This document shows, piece after piece, positions 1 through 13,600 of a DNA stretch of 64,000 nucleotides (positions within the stretch are counted from its first letter, which is position 1; each line of letters begins with the position of its first letter). Source of the stretch: Heterodontus francisci (lineage: Eukaryota); assembly GCF_036365525.1 (NCBI RefSeq), contig NW_027140515.1, positions 558,001 through 622,000 on the forward strand, in the 5' to 3' direction. The notes below the pieces were generated by a model that was not told the DNA's origin, did not search any database, and saw only the letters and a list, made by a program, of their open reading frames with translations. The position numbers and the translations under genes are program-made.

Positions 1-330
1 CACCTGCCCATCCTCATTTCCCAAGAGGAGGTCGAGTGTTGCCCCTTCTCTAGTAGGGCCATCCACATACTGCTTCAGAAAACTATCCTGGACACACTTA
101 GCAAATTCTTCCCCATCTGATCCCTTAGCACTAAGGCAGTCCCAGTCAATATTAGGGAAGTTAAAATCACCTACTATTACAACCCTATAATTCCTACCCC
201 TATCTGTGATTTCTCTACAATATGCTCCTCCACTTCCCTCTGACTATTAGGGGGTCTGTAGTATAATCCCATCAAAGTGATCACCCCTTTCTTATTTCTA
301 AGTTCTACCCATATGGCCTCGCTGGACATT
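1..330 (-). mobile_element. CR1-type LINE fragment (APE endonuclease region)
   Basis: Reverse strand around 140-187 translates as RVVIVGDFNFPNIDWD, the GDFN motif typical of CR1 ORF2 endonuclease. Confidence 0.7.
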
Positions 331-1072
331 CATCAGAGGAGGTTTTATGAGATTGGAAGGAGGGTTAGATTTAGATTAGATTTAGACGCAGGTATGCAGA
401 GTGTTATCAGAGCTGTATTGACTGCATTGAAGCAACCTGCCCTTTATTGGCTCCTCACCTCTTCGGAGTCCCTCGAGGACGATAAAGCATTGCCTACTGC
501 CGCCATCTGATGGACCATGTGCTCGGCCTCCTGTGTACAAACAAGCAGAGGGCGTGCTGAGTACGGGCGAGCTGCCCCCAAGCGTCAGCCCCAGAACGGC
601 CGCGTTATAGAACATTAAGAACCTCGCCCATTTGCTCTCCCTTCCTCGAGGCGCAGCAGTTAGTCTTGGGCTGCGTTTGCTGACAATGCAGCCACTAGGT
701 GGCGCAGCACTGGCACGTGCGCAAATGCAGCCTCCTCTACTGCAACGGCGCCGTCTGCGACGTCTCAGGCCGCTGCCAGTAACAAAGATGGCGCTGCTCA
801 ATTTGACACACACAAAAAAAAAAATCCGAATTGAATCCAAGCCCTTTCACCCCTCAACGGCCACAATGGCCGCCTCCACAAACCGCACCCCCCCACCCAC
901 CAACAGTACCTCCGCTCTCCCTCGCGATCACTTAACTGCCCCTCTGAAATGGCCCAACGAGACACTCAGTTGTCCAGGGCAATTGGGGATGGACACCCAC
1001 ATCCCATGAGAATAAAAAAAAAAAATCGGGCAACCCACAGCGTAAGTATCTCTGGGCAATTCCCATTCCTAC

Positions 1073-1279
1073 CTGTGTGAAGGTGAATTTCTCGGTGCGT
1101 GTGAAACGGGAGCCCTTGGCGACAGTGGCTGCCTTTCCAGTGCCAACGCATTGAAGGACCTGCGGGAGATCAGCGGCTGGGGGCAGCGAGCTCTGTGCCC
1201 CCGCGCCGTGCGGACCGTACTGCCGGAAGTGCTCCCGAAGCCGTTTCTGCAGCCGCTGGCCTTTTCTCGCTCTGTATTG
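1073..1279 (-). CDS. CCDC22: CCDC22 internal exon (207 nt, phase 0/0)
   Basis: QYRARKGQRLQKRLREHFRQ...KGSRFTRTEKFTFTQ resembles human CCDC22 (QRQRLQKQLTEHLRQ...KGSRFTHSEKFTF). On the minus strand the acceptor is ttctcag (AG at 1280-1281) and the donor is gtagga (GT at 1071-1072). Confidence 0.85.
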
Positions 1280-1419
1280 CTGAGAACGGAAAGCAGAGCA
1301 ACTTCGGAAACCAAGCGTGCAAAAGCCCAAACCAGCTGCACGGCACCAGGAAGGCAGCCGAGAAGAAAGCTGTAACCCAACACCACGAATCCCTTCACCT
1401 CTGGTCAGATAGGGCGCCG

Positions 1420-2150
1420 AAGGAGAACATTCAGTCCATGCCGGCTCTCCATGGTGCTAGCCCGTCAGTCCCACTTCCCCCCTCAATCCCTGAGAGTTTA
1501 CTTCCTTCAAGTGCCCATCTAATTTTCTTTTGAAGTCATTGATTGGCTCTGCTTCCACCACCCTCGTGGGCAGCGAGTTCCCGGTCAGCATCACCCGCTG
1601 CGTAAAAATGTTGTTTTCCCTCACACCCCCGCCACCCCCACTTGCCCAAAATCTACAACCCATGTCACCTAGTCCTTGTAGCGTTAGTTCACGGGAACAA
1701 GCTTGCTGAGTCTACCTTATCTACGCCTGTCGTAATCTTGTGCAGCTCTACCGAATCTCCCGTCAAGCGCAAAAAAAAAACAAAGCAAAATACTGCAGAG
1801 GCTGGAAATCTGAAATAAAAACAGAAAGTGCGGGACATACTCAGCGGCTCAGGCAGCATCCGTGGAGAGAGAAGCAGAGTTAACGTTTCGGGTCAGTGAC
1901 CTTTCATCAGAACTCAATCGCCCCTCAATCTCCTTTGCTCCAAGGGGAACAACCCCAACTTTTTCAACCAGACCTTGGAACTAAAATCCCTCATCCCAGG
2001 AACCATCCCGGTAAATCTCCTCTGCTCCCTCTCGAGGACCCGCACATCCTTCCCAAAGTGGGACTCCAGTTGTGTCCTAACCAGAGCTTTTATCAAGGTT
2101 CAGCTTAACCTCCCTCCTTTTGTGCCTCTATTTATGAAGCCCAAGATCCC
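1420..2150 (-). mobile_element. Degenerate CR1-type LINE 3' fragment, interrupted at ~1770-1915 by another repeat
   Basis: Minus-strand peptides LEREQRRFTGMVPGM..LGLFPLEQRRLRGD and FTQRV..NSLP..VVEAE are typical of the CR1 ORF2 C-terminus. Confidence 0.75.
1775..1915 (-). mobile_element. Penelope-like element terminal fragment containing a minimal hammerhead-ribozyme-like motif
   Basis: Minus strand reads gagtt-CTGATGA-aa-ggtc-act-gacc-c-GAAA-cgtt-aactc, and the segment is nested in the CR1 fragment. The Penelope assignment is from recollection of PLE terminal repeats and was not searched. Confidence 0.45.
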
Positions 2151-2331
2151 ATCTGCTCATTGTTCCTCTGCAAGGGAGACGATGAATCCAGACAAAGCGT
2201 TCCCCCGTGTTCAACCAGATCCGCTCCCCCGTGACGGCTGAAACCGTTTACATAGTTTTATTTAAAGAGGATGGAGCACTTACAATTCTAGGGGACTTCC
2301 GGTTGGCCTGGCAATGTGCTGGGTCACGTAC

Positions 2332-2501
2332 CTCTGGGGAAAGGTGGGATACCAGGCCCTGGCTGTTCCACTCCGTCTCCCACTCCTGAACGGCGCTCAG
2401 CTCTGCCAGCGCCCGCTCCAGCAGAGAAGTGGCAACGAAGGAATGCTGGCAAGGCTGGGCAGTGACGGGCAGGAGGTCCCGATCGTAATACTCCTTCACT
2501 T
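2332..2501 (-). CDS. CCDC22: CCDC22 internal exon (170 nt, phase 1/0)
   Basis: VKEYYDRDLLPVTAQPCQHSFVATSLLER...EWNSQGLVSHLSPE is CCDC22-like. Acceptor ttttcttgtag and donor gtacgt; it splices in frame to the 1073-1279 exon. Confidence 0.8.
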
Positions 2502-4443
2502 CTACAAGAAAATAAAAGAGGATGCAAAAAAAGAAAAAAGCAATCGGTCAGCCCGACGCAGCGCAGAGAGTCGGACGGCGAGAGGACACGGACGGCAGCG
2601 CGTCACACTTTCAGCACAGCCTCTGCAGACGCCGCTGCGTTCAATGAGCGAGAGGCGCGGGGTCGGGCCCACAGCAGGACGTACGGCAAAGTCCATTTGC
2701 TGAGCAGTCTGTTTAAACACCCGCGCCGCAGCAAACAGTCTACAGAGTCTACTTAAAAACTCTTCACAAACGACAGCAAACGGAGCCCGCGGCCAGAACT
2801 GCAGCAACGTCTCCGATTAAAACAGGGCGATTTCTCCAGCCAATTGCAGTGAGCAAAGGAGAGATTCATCATACAAGCTGCAGGTGGAGAATCAATCCCC
2901 GTCAGTCTCCCGGTGTCACCGGCGGGCAAGTTACCCATTATCTCGGCTGGCAATAGTGCTCATCAATATATGCAGCCCAGAGTCACGGTGCCAAAGGGAC
3001 AGTTAACTACAGCTTCGAGAGAATGTGAAATCTCAGCCACACTACAGTGCACAACGTGACGAGGACGACCCAACCAGGAAAAATCCCCACTCTCCCAGAA
3101 CTGCCTCCGCCTGGACACTCTCGGTCCAGGAGCACATCAGGAGACGGGGACAAGGAAGGTGAGCTGGTAACCGATTCCGCAGGTTAGGCACCAACTCCAA
3201 CTAAAATTACAAATCGTTGAAGATGCGCAAATGCCACAGACCTTTCGGAATTGTCTTTGCATTGGAATAGTTGTCAGGTAAACTGAGAGGCTGGGTGTGG
3301 AACCTCTGCATCAGACGAGAGCTCTGCAACGAAAGCAAAAGGGAAGTTTGAAGTGTTGTATCTAAAGGTACTACATCAATGAAGTTGTTGTTGTTTTGGG
3401 AGCAGGGAGTGTGACATTACAATCTGCTGACAAGTTGGGAATTTGGCCAACTGCGTGAGCAAGTTGAAAACACATTAGGAGCAGATTATAGGGAGGTTTA
3501 TTAAATGATATTGGGAAAAGACGGTTTCCTCTGATGGGGAGTTAGTGACGAGGAGTCTTCCATTAAAAAAATTGCCACTAAGAGAGGGACGAGGGGGATT
3601 TCTTTCGAGCTGTTCAAGGGCGAGATGCTGGACCTAACTTTGAGCCGGCGATCATTCAGTAGTGCCAGGGTAAAGTGGGCTGGTATAGGAAGTTAATCAC
3701 AGCACAAGGCTATAGGGAGAGAGGAGGGCCAACAAGGACGGGCCGAATGGTTTCTGGTGAACGGATTAAACGCTGCAGGGGCCCGACTACTTTAAACGTT
3801 TTCGGGAGGCGGGGGAAGAAAAGTACATCAGAGACGCTACACACTGTGCCCAACTCGTCCAGCCTGAGCTACAGGTTAAAGTCCAAAACGAACCTGAATC
3901 CAGAGGAGGGATGGAGGCCTGAGTGAGGCTGGAACCCACGGGATGGAGAGTAGCTCCTTTATCCTGGAAGAAATGGATCTCTGCAGCACCACGGATTTCC
4001 CTGTCGCAGGATTAAGGGCAGGTTAGAAAGAGAGAGCAACCCGTACTCGCGAGCACTCCCCTCCCCAACCTGCTCGGACAGCTGAACGTGAAGCAGTCCC
4101 AAAGTCAAGACCCTTCCCCTTGTTTCCTAATCTACCCCCATTTTTTCCCGTTGGTCCCAAAGCCCCTTCCCTCGCGACGGGTGCCCCAAACACACCGCAT
4201 TTGGAGCTCTGCGCACCGCACACCTTCTCCCCTCTCGCACACGCACCTCAGCGCACCCTCCCAGTCTGCCATCAACCGAGAGAAATCCACTCGACTACTC
4301 TTTACCCCCCCAGCCCTGGAAATGTTTCCCTGTTCAAGTATTTACCCAATTCCCTCCCAGACCCACTTCCGACTTCCACGCTGCCGGACACTGTTCCTCA
4401 GGAGAGACCGGGGGACCAGAGCAGGTCACTGAAGCAGCCCCGA

Positions 4444-4643
4444 NNNNNNNNNNNNNNNNNNNNNNNNNNNNNNNNNNNNNNNNNNNNNNNNNNNNNNNNN
4501 NNNNNNNNNNNNNNNNNNNNNNNNNNNNNNNNNNNNNNNNNNNNNNNNNNNNNNNNNNNNNNNNNNNNNNNNNNNNNNNNNNNNNNNNNNNNNNNNNNNN
4601 NNNNNNNNNNNNNNNNNNNNNNNNNNNNNNNNNNNNNNNNNNN
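4444..4643. other. 200-N scaffold gap
   Basis: Exactly 200 N. Confidence 0.95.
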
Positions 4644-7600
4644 TAGAGAGAGACCCGGGATAGAGAGAGAGAGAGACCCGGGATAGAGAGAGTGAGAGAG
4701 AGACCCGGATAGAGAGATAGAGAGAGTGAGAGAGAGACCGGGATAGAGAGAGAGAGAGACCCAGGAAAGAGAGAGGGAGAGACCGGGATTGAGAGAGAGA
4801 GAGAGACCCAGGAAAGAGAGAGTGAGAGACCCGGGATAGAGAGAGAGTGAGAGGCCCGGGACAGAGAGAGAGTGAGAGGCCCGGGACAGAGAGAGAGTGA
4901 GAGGCCCGGGACAGAGAGAGAGTGAGAGGCCCGGGACAGAGAGAGAGTGAGAGGCCCGGGACAGAGAGTGGGAGACCCGGGACAGAGAGAAAGAGAGAGA
5001 CCCTAGATAGAGAGAGAGGGAGAGAGACCCGGGATAGAGAGAGAGGGAGAGAGACCCTAGATCGAGAGAGAGGGAGAGAGACCCGGGATAGAGAGAGAGT
5101 GAGAGAGACCCGGGATAGAGAGAGAGTGAGAGGGACCTGGGATAGAGAGAGAGGGAGAGAGACCCGGGATAGAGAGAGAGTGAGAGAGACCCGGGATAGA
5201 GAGAGAGTGAGAGAGACCCGGGATAGAGAGAGAGGGAGAGAGACCTGGGATGGAGAGAGACCCGGGATAGAGAGAGAGAAAGAGGACCGGGATAGAGAGA
5301 GAGAGACCCGGGATAGAGAGAGAGAGAGAGGACCGGGATAGAGAGAGAGCGACCCGAGATAGAGAGAGAGAGACCCGGGATAGGGAGAGAGAAACTAGGG
5401 AGAGGGAGAGAGTCCCAGGAAAGAGAGAGGGCGTGACCCGGGATAGAGAGAGAGAGAGACGAGGGAGAGAGAGAGAGACCCAGGAAAGAGAGAGGGAGAG
5501 ACCCGGGATTGAGAGAGAGAGAGAGAGACAGAGAGAGACCCGGGATAGAGAGAGAGAGAGACAGACCCGGGATAGAGAGAGAGAGACCCGGGATAGGGAG
5601 AGAGAGAGAGAGAGACCCGGGATGAAGAGAGAGAGAGAGGTCCGGGATGGAGAGAGAGGGGTCCGGGTTGGATGGAGAGAGAGAGAGAGACCCGGGATGG
5701 AGAGAGAGAGAGACCCGGGATGGAGAGAGAGAAAGAGACCCAAGATAGATAGTGAGAGACAGACTCGGGATAGAAAGAGAGAGAGAGAGACACACACAGG
5801 ATGGAGAGAGAGAGTGACCCAGTATGCAGAGAGAGTATCCTGGGATAGAGGGAGAGAGAGGGAAGGACCCAGGGAAGGAGAGAGAGGGAGAGATCCGGAG
5901 TTGAAAGAGAGAGAGGGAGACCTGCGATAGAGAGAGACACACATGATGGAGAGAGTGAGAGAGAGAAGGAGGCCCAGGATGGCGAGAGAGAGAGAGACCT
6001 GGGAGAGAAAGAGAGAGAGAGGGACCCGGGATAGGGAGAGAGAGAGAGACCCGGGATAGAGAGAGAGAGAGAGAGAGAGACCCGGGATAGAGAGAGAGAG
6101 AGAGAGAGACCCGGGATAGAGAGAGAGAGAGAGAGAGACCGGGATAGAGAGAGAGAGAGAGATACCCGGGATAGAGAGAGAGAGAGAGAGGCCCGGGTTA
6201 GAGAGAGAGAGAGAGGCCCGGGATAGAGAGAGAGAGAGAGGCCCGGGATAGAGAGAGAGAGAGAGGCCCGGGATAGAGAGAGAGAGAGAGGCCCGGGATA
6301 GAGAGAGAGAGAGAGGCCCGGGATAGAGAGAGAGAGAGAGGCCCGGGATAGAGAGAGAGAGAGAGGCCCGGGATAGAGAGAGAGAGAGAGGCCCGGGATA
6401 GAGAGAGAGAGAGAGGCCGGGATAGAGAGAGAGAGAGAGGCCCGGGATAGAGAGAGAGAGAGAGGCCCGGGATAGAGAGAGAGAGAGAGACCCGGGATAG
6501 AGTGAGAGAGAGAGACCCGGGATAGAGTGAGAGAGAGAGACCCGGGATAGAGTGAGAGAGAGAGGCCCGGGATAGAGTGAGAGAGAGAGGCCCGGGATAG
6601 AGTGAGAGAGAGAGGCCCGGGATAGAGTGAGAGAGAGAGGCCCGGGATAGAGAGAGAGGGGCCCGGGATAGAGAAAGAGAGAGACCCGGGATAGAGAGAG
6701 AGAGAGGGGCCCGGGATAGAGAGTGAGAGAGGGGCCCGGGATAGAGAGAGAGAGAGGGGCCCGGGATAGAGAGAGAGAGAGAGGCCCGGGATAGAGAGAG
6801 AGAGAGAGGCCCGGGATAGAGAGAGAGAGAGAGGCCCGGGATAGAGAGAGAGAGAGAGGCCCGGGATAGAGAGAGAGAGAGGGGCCCGGGATAGAGAGAC
6901 CCGGGACAGGGAGAGAGAGAGAGACCCGGGATAGGGAGAGAGAGAGAGACCCGGGATAGAGAGAGAGAGAGAGAGACCCGGGATAGAGAGAGAGAGAGAG
7001 GCCCGGGATAGAGAGAGAGAGAGGGTCCCGGGATAGAGAAAGAGAGAGACCCGAGATAGAGAGAGAGAGGGGCCCGGGAGAGAGAAAGAGAGAGGGGCCC
7101 GGGATAGAGAACTAGAGAGGGGCCCGGGATAGAGAGAGAGAGAGGGGCCCGGGATAGAGAGAGAGAGAGGGGCCCGGGATAGAGAGAGAGAGAGGGGCCC
7201 GGGATAGAGAGAGAGAGAGGGGCCCGGGATAGAGAGAGAGAGAGAGGCCCGGGATAGAGAGAGAGAGAGAGGCCCGGGTTAGAGAGAGAGAGAGAGAGGG
7301 GCCCGGGATAGAGAGACCCGGGATAGAGAGAGAGAGAGAGACCCGGGATAGAGAGAGAGAGAGAGACCCGGGATAGAGAGAGAGAGAGAGGCCCGGGATA
7401 GAGAGAGAGAGAGAGGCCCGGGATAGAGAGAGAGAGGGAGTCCCAGGATGGCGAGAGAGAGACCTGGGATAGAAAGAGAGAGAGACCGATTTAGAGAGAG
7501 AGGCAGACCAGGGATAGAGAGAGGGAGACCGGGATAGAGAAAGAGAGAGTGATCCGGGATCGAGGGAGAGAAAGAGACCCAGGGTAGAGAGTGAAAGAGA

Positions 7601-10600
7601 GACCCGGGATAGAGAGAGAGAGAGAGAGACACGGGATAGAGAGGGAGGGAGAGAGACCCAGGATAGGGAGAGGGAGAGAGACCCGGGATAGGGAGAGGGA
7701 GTGTGACCTGGGTTGAGAGAGAGAGAGAGACCCGGGATAGGGAGAGGGAGAGAGACCTGGGATAGGGAGAGGGAGTGTGCCCTGGGTTGAGAGAGAGAGA
7801 GACCCGGGATAGATAGAGAGAGAGAGACCCGGGATAGATAGAGAGAGAGAGACCCGGGATAGGGAGAGAGACCCGGGATAGGGAGAGAGAGAGAGACCCG
7901 GGATAGGGAGAGAGAGAGAGACCCGGGATAGAGAGAGAGAGAGAGACCCGGGATAGAGAGAGAGAGAGGGGCCCGGGATAGAGAGAGAGAGAGGGGCCCG
8001 GGATAGAGAGAAAGAGAGGGGCCCGGGATAGGGAGAGAGAGAGAGACCCGGAATAGAGAGAGAGAGAGAGGCCCGTGATAAAGAGAGAGAGAGAGAGACC
8101 CGGGATAGAGAGAGAGAGAGAGAGGCCCGGGACAGAGAGAGAGTGAGAGGCCCGGGACAGAGAGAGAGTGAGAGGCCCGGGACAGAGAGAGAGTGAGAGC
8201 CCGGGACAGAGAGAGAGTGGGAGACCCGGGACAGAGAGAAAGAGAGAGACCCGAGAGAGAGGGAGAGAGACCCTAGATAGAGAGAGAGTGAGAGAGACCC
8301 GGGATAGAGAGAGAGTGAGAGAGACCCGGGATAGAGAGAGAGGGAGAGAGACCCGGGATAGATAGAGAGAGAGTGAGAGAGACCCGGGATAGAGAGAGAG
8401 TGAGAGAGACCTGGGATGGAGAGAGACCCGGGATAGAGAGAGAGGGAGAGAGACCTGGGATAGAGAGAGAGGGAGAGAGACCCGGGATAGAGAGAGAGAG
8501 AGAGCCCGGGATAGAGAGAGAGTGAGAGAGACCCGGGATAGAGAGAGAGTGAGAGAGACCTGGGATGGAGAGAGACCCGGGATAGAGAGAGAGGGAGAGG
8601 ACCGGGATAGAGAGAAAGAGGACCGGGATAGAGAAAGAGAGACCCGGGATAGAGAGAGAGAGAGGACCGGGATAGAGAGAGAGCGACCCGGGATAGAGAG
8701 AGAGCGACCCGGGATAGAGAGAGAGAGACCCGGGATAGGGAGAGAGAAACTAGGGAGAGGGAGAGAGACCCAGGAAAGAGAGAGGGGGTGACCCGGGATA
8801 GAGAGAGAGAGAGAAGGAAGAGGGAGAGAGACCCAGGAAAGAGAGAGGGAGAGACCCGGGATAGAGAGAGAGCGAGAGACCCGGGATAGAGAGAGAGAGA
8901 GAGACCCGGGATGAAGAGAGAGAGAGAGAGGTCCGGGATGGAGAGAGAGGGGTCCGGGTTGGATAGGGAGAGAGAGAGAGACCCGGGATGGAGAGAGAGA
9001 GAGAGAGAGAGACCCAGGATGGAGAGAGAGAGAGAGACCCGGGATGGGGAGAGAGAGGGGCCCGGGATAGGGAGAGAGAGAGAGACCCGGGATAGAGAGA
9101 GAGAGAGAGGCCCGTGATAAAGAGAGAGAGAGAGAGACCCGGGATAGAGAGAGAGAGAGAGAGAGGCCCGGGACAGAGAGAGAGTGAGAGGCCCGGGACA
9201 GAGAGAGAGTGAGAGGCCCGGGACAGAGAGAGAGTGAGAGGCCCGGGACAGAGAGAGAGTGAGAGGCCCGGGACAGAGAGAGAGTGGGAGACCCGGGACA
9301 GAGAGAAAGAGAGAGACCCGAGATAGAGAGAGAGGGAGAGAGAACCGAGATAGAGAGAGAGGGAGAGAGACCCGGGATCGAGAGAGAGTGAGAGAGACCC
9401 GGGATAGAGAGAGAGTGAGAGAGATACGGGATAGAGAGAGAGGGAGAGAGATCCGGGATAGAGAGAGAGTGAGAGAGACCCGGGATAGAGAGAGAGTGAG
9501 AGAGACCTGGGATGGAGAGAGACCCGTGATAGAGAGAGAGGGAGAGAGACCCGGTATAGAGAGAGAGGGAGAGAGACCTGGGATAGAGAGAGAGGGAGAG
9601 AGACCTGGGATAGAGAGAGAGGGAGAGAGACCCGGGATAGAGAGAGTGAGAGAGCCCGGGATAGAGAGAGAGTGAGAGAGACCCGGGATGGAGAGAGAGT
9701 GAGAGAGACCTGGGATCGAGAGAGACCCGGGATAGAGAGAGAGGGAGAGACCCGGGATAGAGAGAGAGAAAGAGGACCGGGATAGAGAGAAAGAGGACCG
9801 GGATAGAGAGAAAGAGGACCGGGATAGAGAAAGAGAGACCCGGGATAGAGAGAGAGAGAGAGGCCCGGGATAGAGAGAGAGAGAGAGAGGCCCGGGATAG
9901 AGAGAGAGAGAGGGGCCCGGGATAGAGAGACCCGGGATAGAGAGAGAGAGAGAGACCCGGGATAGAGAGAGAGAGAGAGGCCTGGGATAGAGAGAGAGAG
10001 AGAGGCCCGGGATAGAGAGAGAGAGGGAGTCCCAGGATGGCGAGAGAGAGAGAGACCTGGGATAGAAAGAGAGAGAGACCGATTTAGAGAGAGAGGCAGA
10101 CCAGGGATAGAGAGAGGGAGACCGGGATAGAGAAAGAGAGAGTGATCCGGGATAGAGGGAGAGAAAGAGACCCAGGGTAGAGAGTGAAAGAGAGACCCGG
10201 GATAGAGAGAGAGAGAGAGAGACACGGGATAGAGAGGGAGGGAGAGAGACCCAGGATAGGGAGAGGGAGAGAGACCCGGGATAGGGAGAGGGAGTGTGAC
10301 CTGGGTTGAGAGAGAGAGAGAGACCCGGGATAGGGAGAGGGAGAGAGACCTGGGATAGGGAGAGGGAGTGTGCCCTGGGTTGAGAGAGAGAGAGACCCGG
10401 GATAGATAGAGAGAGAGAGACCCGGGATAGGGAGAGAGACCCGGGATAGGGAGAGAGAGACCCGGGATAGGGAGAGAGAGACCCGGGATAGGGAGAGAGA
10501 GACCCGGGATTGGGAGAGAGAGAGAGACCCGGGATAGAGAGAGAGAGAGGGGCCCGGGATAGAGAGAGAGAGAGGGGCCCGGGATAGAGAGAAAGAGAGG

Positions 10601-13600
10601 GGCCCGGGATAGGGAGAGAGAGAGAGACCCGGAATAGAGAGAGAGGCCCGGGACAGAGAGAGAGAGAGAGAGGCCCGGGACAGAGAGAGAGTGAGAGGCC
10701 CGGGACAGAGAGAGAGTGAGAGGCCCGGGACAGAGAGAGAGTGAGAGGCCCGGGACAGAGAGAGAGTGAGAGGCCCGGGACAGAGAGAGAGTGGGAGACC
10801 CGGGACAGAGAGAAAGAGAGAGACCCGAGAGAGAGGGAGAGAGACCCTAGATAGAGAGAGAGTGAGAGAGACCCGGGATAGAGAGAGAGTGAGAGAGACC
10901 CGGGATAGAGAGAGAGTGAGAGAGACCCGGGATAGAGAGAGAGTGAGAGGCCCGGGACAGAGAGAGAGTGAGAGGCCCGGGACAGAGAGAGAGTGAGAGG
11001 CCCGGGACAGAGAGAGAGTGAGAGGCCCGGGACAGAGAGAGAGTGGGAGACCCGGGACAGAAAGAAAGAGAGAGACCCGAGAGAGAGGGAGAGAGACCCT
11101 AGATAAAGAGAGAGTGAGAGAGACCCGGGATAGAGAGAGAGTGAGAGAGACCCGGGATAGAGAGAGAGTGAGAGAGACCCGGGATAGAGAGAGAGGGAGA
11201 GAGACCCGGGATAGAGAGAGAGGGAGAGAGACCCGGGATAGATAGAGAGAGAGTGAGAGAGACCCGGGATAGAGAGAGAGTGAGAGAGACCTGGGATGGA
11301 GAGAGACCCGGGATAGAGAGAGAGGGAGAGAGACCTGGGATAGAGAGAGAGGGAGAGAGACCCGGGATAGAGAGAGAGAGAGAGAGAGCCCGGGATAGAG
11401 AGAGAGTGAGAGAGACCCGGGATAGAGAGAGAGTGAGAGAGACCTGGGATGGAGAGAGACCCGGGATAGAGAGAGAGGGAGAGGACCGGGATAGAGAGAA
11501 AGAGGACCGGGATAGAGAAAGAGAGACCCGGGATAGAGAGAGAGAGAGGACCGGGATAGAGAGAGAGCGACCCGGGATAGAGAGAGAGAGACCCGGGATA
11601 GGGAGAGAGAAACTAGGGAGAGGGAGAGAGACCCAGGAAAGAGAGAGGGGGTGACCCGGGATAGAGAGAGAGAGAGAGACCTGGGATAGAGAGAGAGAGA
11701 CGAGGGAGAGGGAGAGAGACCCAGGAAAGAGAGAGGGAGAGACCCGGGATAGAGAGAGAGCGAGAGACCCGGGATAGAGAGAGAGAGAGACCCGGGATGA
11801 AGAGAGAGAGAGAGAGGTCCGGGATGGAGAGAGAGGGGTCCGGGTTGGATAGGGAGAGAGAGAGAGACCCGGGATGGAGAGAGAGAGAGAGAGAGAGACC
11901 CGGGATGGAGAGAGAGAGAGAGAGAGAGACCCAGGATGGAGAGAGAGAGAGAGACCCGGGATGGAGAGAGAGAGAGAGACCCGGGATGGGGAGAGAGAGA
12001 GAGACCCGGGATAGAGAGAGAGAGAGAGGCCCGTGATAAAGAGAGAGAGAGAGAGACCCGGGATAGAGAGAGAGAGAGAGAGGCCCGGGACAGAGAGAGA
12101 GTGAGAGGCCCGGGACAGAGAGAGAGTGAGAGGCCCGGGACAGAGAGAGAGTGAGAGGCCCGGGACAGAGAGAGAGTGGGAGACCCGGGACAGAGAGAAA
12201 GAGAGAGACCCGAGATAGAGAGAGAGGGAGAGAGAACCGAGATAGAGAGAGAGGGAGAGAGAACCGAGATAGAGAGAGAGGGAGAGAGACCCGGGATCGA
12301 GAGAGAGTGAGAGAGACCCGGGATCGAGAGAGAGTGAGAGAGACCCGGGATAGAGAGAGAGTGAGAGAGACCCGGGATAGAGAGAGAGGGAGAGAGATCC
12401 GGAATAGAGAGAGAGTGAGAGAGACCCGGGATAGAGAGAGAGTGAGAGAGACCTGGGATGGAGAGAGACCCGGGATAGAGAGAGAGGGAGAGAGACCCGG
12501 TATAGAGAGAGNNNNNNNNNNNNNNNNNNNNNNNNNNNNNNNNNNNNNNNNNNNNNNNNNNNNNNNNNNNNNNNNNNNNNNNNNNNNNNNNNNNNNNNNN
12601 NNNNNNNNNNNNNNNNNNNNNNNNNNNNNNNNNNNNNNNNNNNNAGAGTGAGAGAGCCCGGGATAGAGAGAGAGTGAGAGAGACCCGGGATGGAGAGAGA
12701 GTGAGAGAGACCTGGGATCGAGAGAGACCCGGGATAGAGAGAGAGGGAGAGACCCGGGATAGAGAGAGAGAAAGAGGACCGGGATAGAGAGAAAGAGGAC
12801 CGGGATAGAGAAAGAGAGACCCGGGATAGAGAGAGAGAGAGAGGACCGGGATAGAGAGAGAGCGACCCGGGATAGAGAGAGAGAGACCCGGGATAGGGAG
12901 AGAGAAACTAGGGAGAGGGAGAGAGACCCAGGAAAGAGAGAGGGGGTGACCCGGGATAGAGAGAGAGAGAGAGACCTGGGATAGAGAGAGAGAGAGAGAC
13001 CTGGGATAGAGAGAGAGAGACGAGGGAGAGGGAGAGAGACCCAGGATAGAGAGAGGGAGCGACCCGGGATAGAGAGAGAGAGAGAGAGACCCAGGATAGA
13101 GAGAGAGAGAGAGAGACCCGGGATAGAGAGAGTGAGAGAGAGACCCGGGATAGAGAGAGAGAGACCCGGGATAGGGAGGGAGAGAGAGAGAGAGAGAGAG
13201 AGACCCGGGATGAAGAGAGAGAGAGAGAGGTCCGGGATGGAGAGAGAGGGGTCCGGGTTGGATAGGGAGAGAGAGAGAGACCCGGGATGGAGAGAGAGAG
13301 AGAGACCCGGGATGGGGAGAGAGAGAGAGACCGTGGATAGAGAGTGAGAGACAGACTCGGGATAGAAAGAGAGAGAGAGAGAGAGACACACACAGGATGG
13401 AGAGAGAGAGTGACCCAGTATGCAGAGAGAGTGTCCTGGGATAGAGGGAGAGAGAGGGAAGGACCCAGGATGGAGAGAGAGGGAGAGACCCGGAGACCTG
13501 CGATAGAGACAGACACACAGGATGGAGAGAGTGAGAGAGAGAGAGAAGGAGGCCCAGGATGGCGAGAGAGAGAGAGACCTGGGATAGAAAGAGAGAGAGA

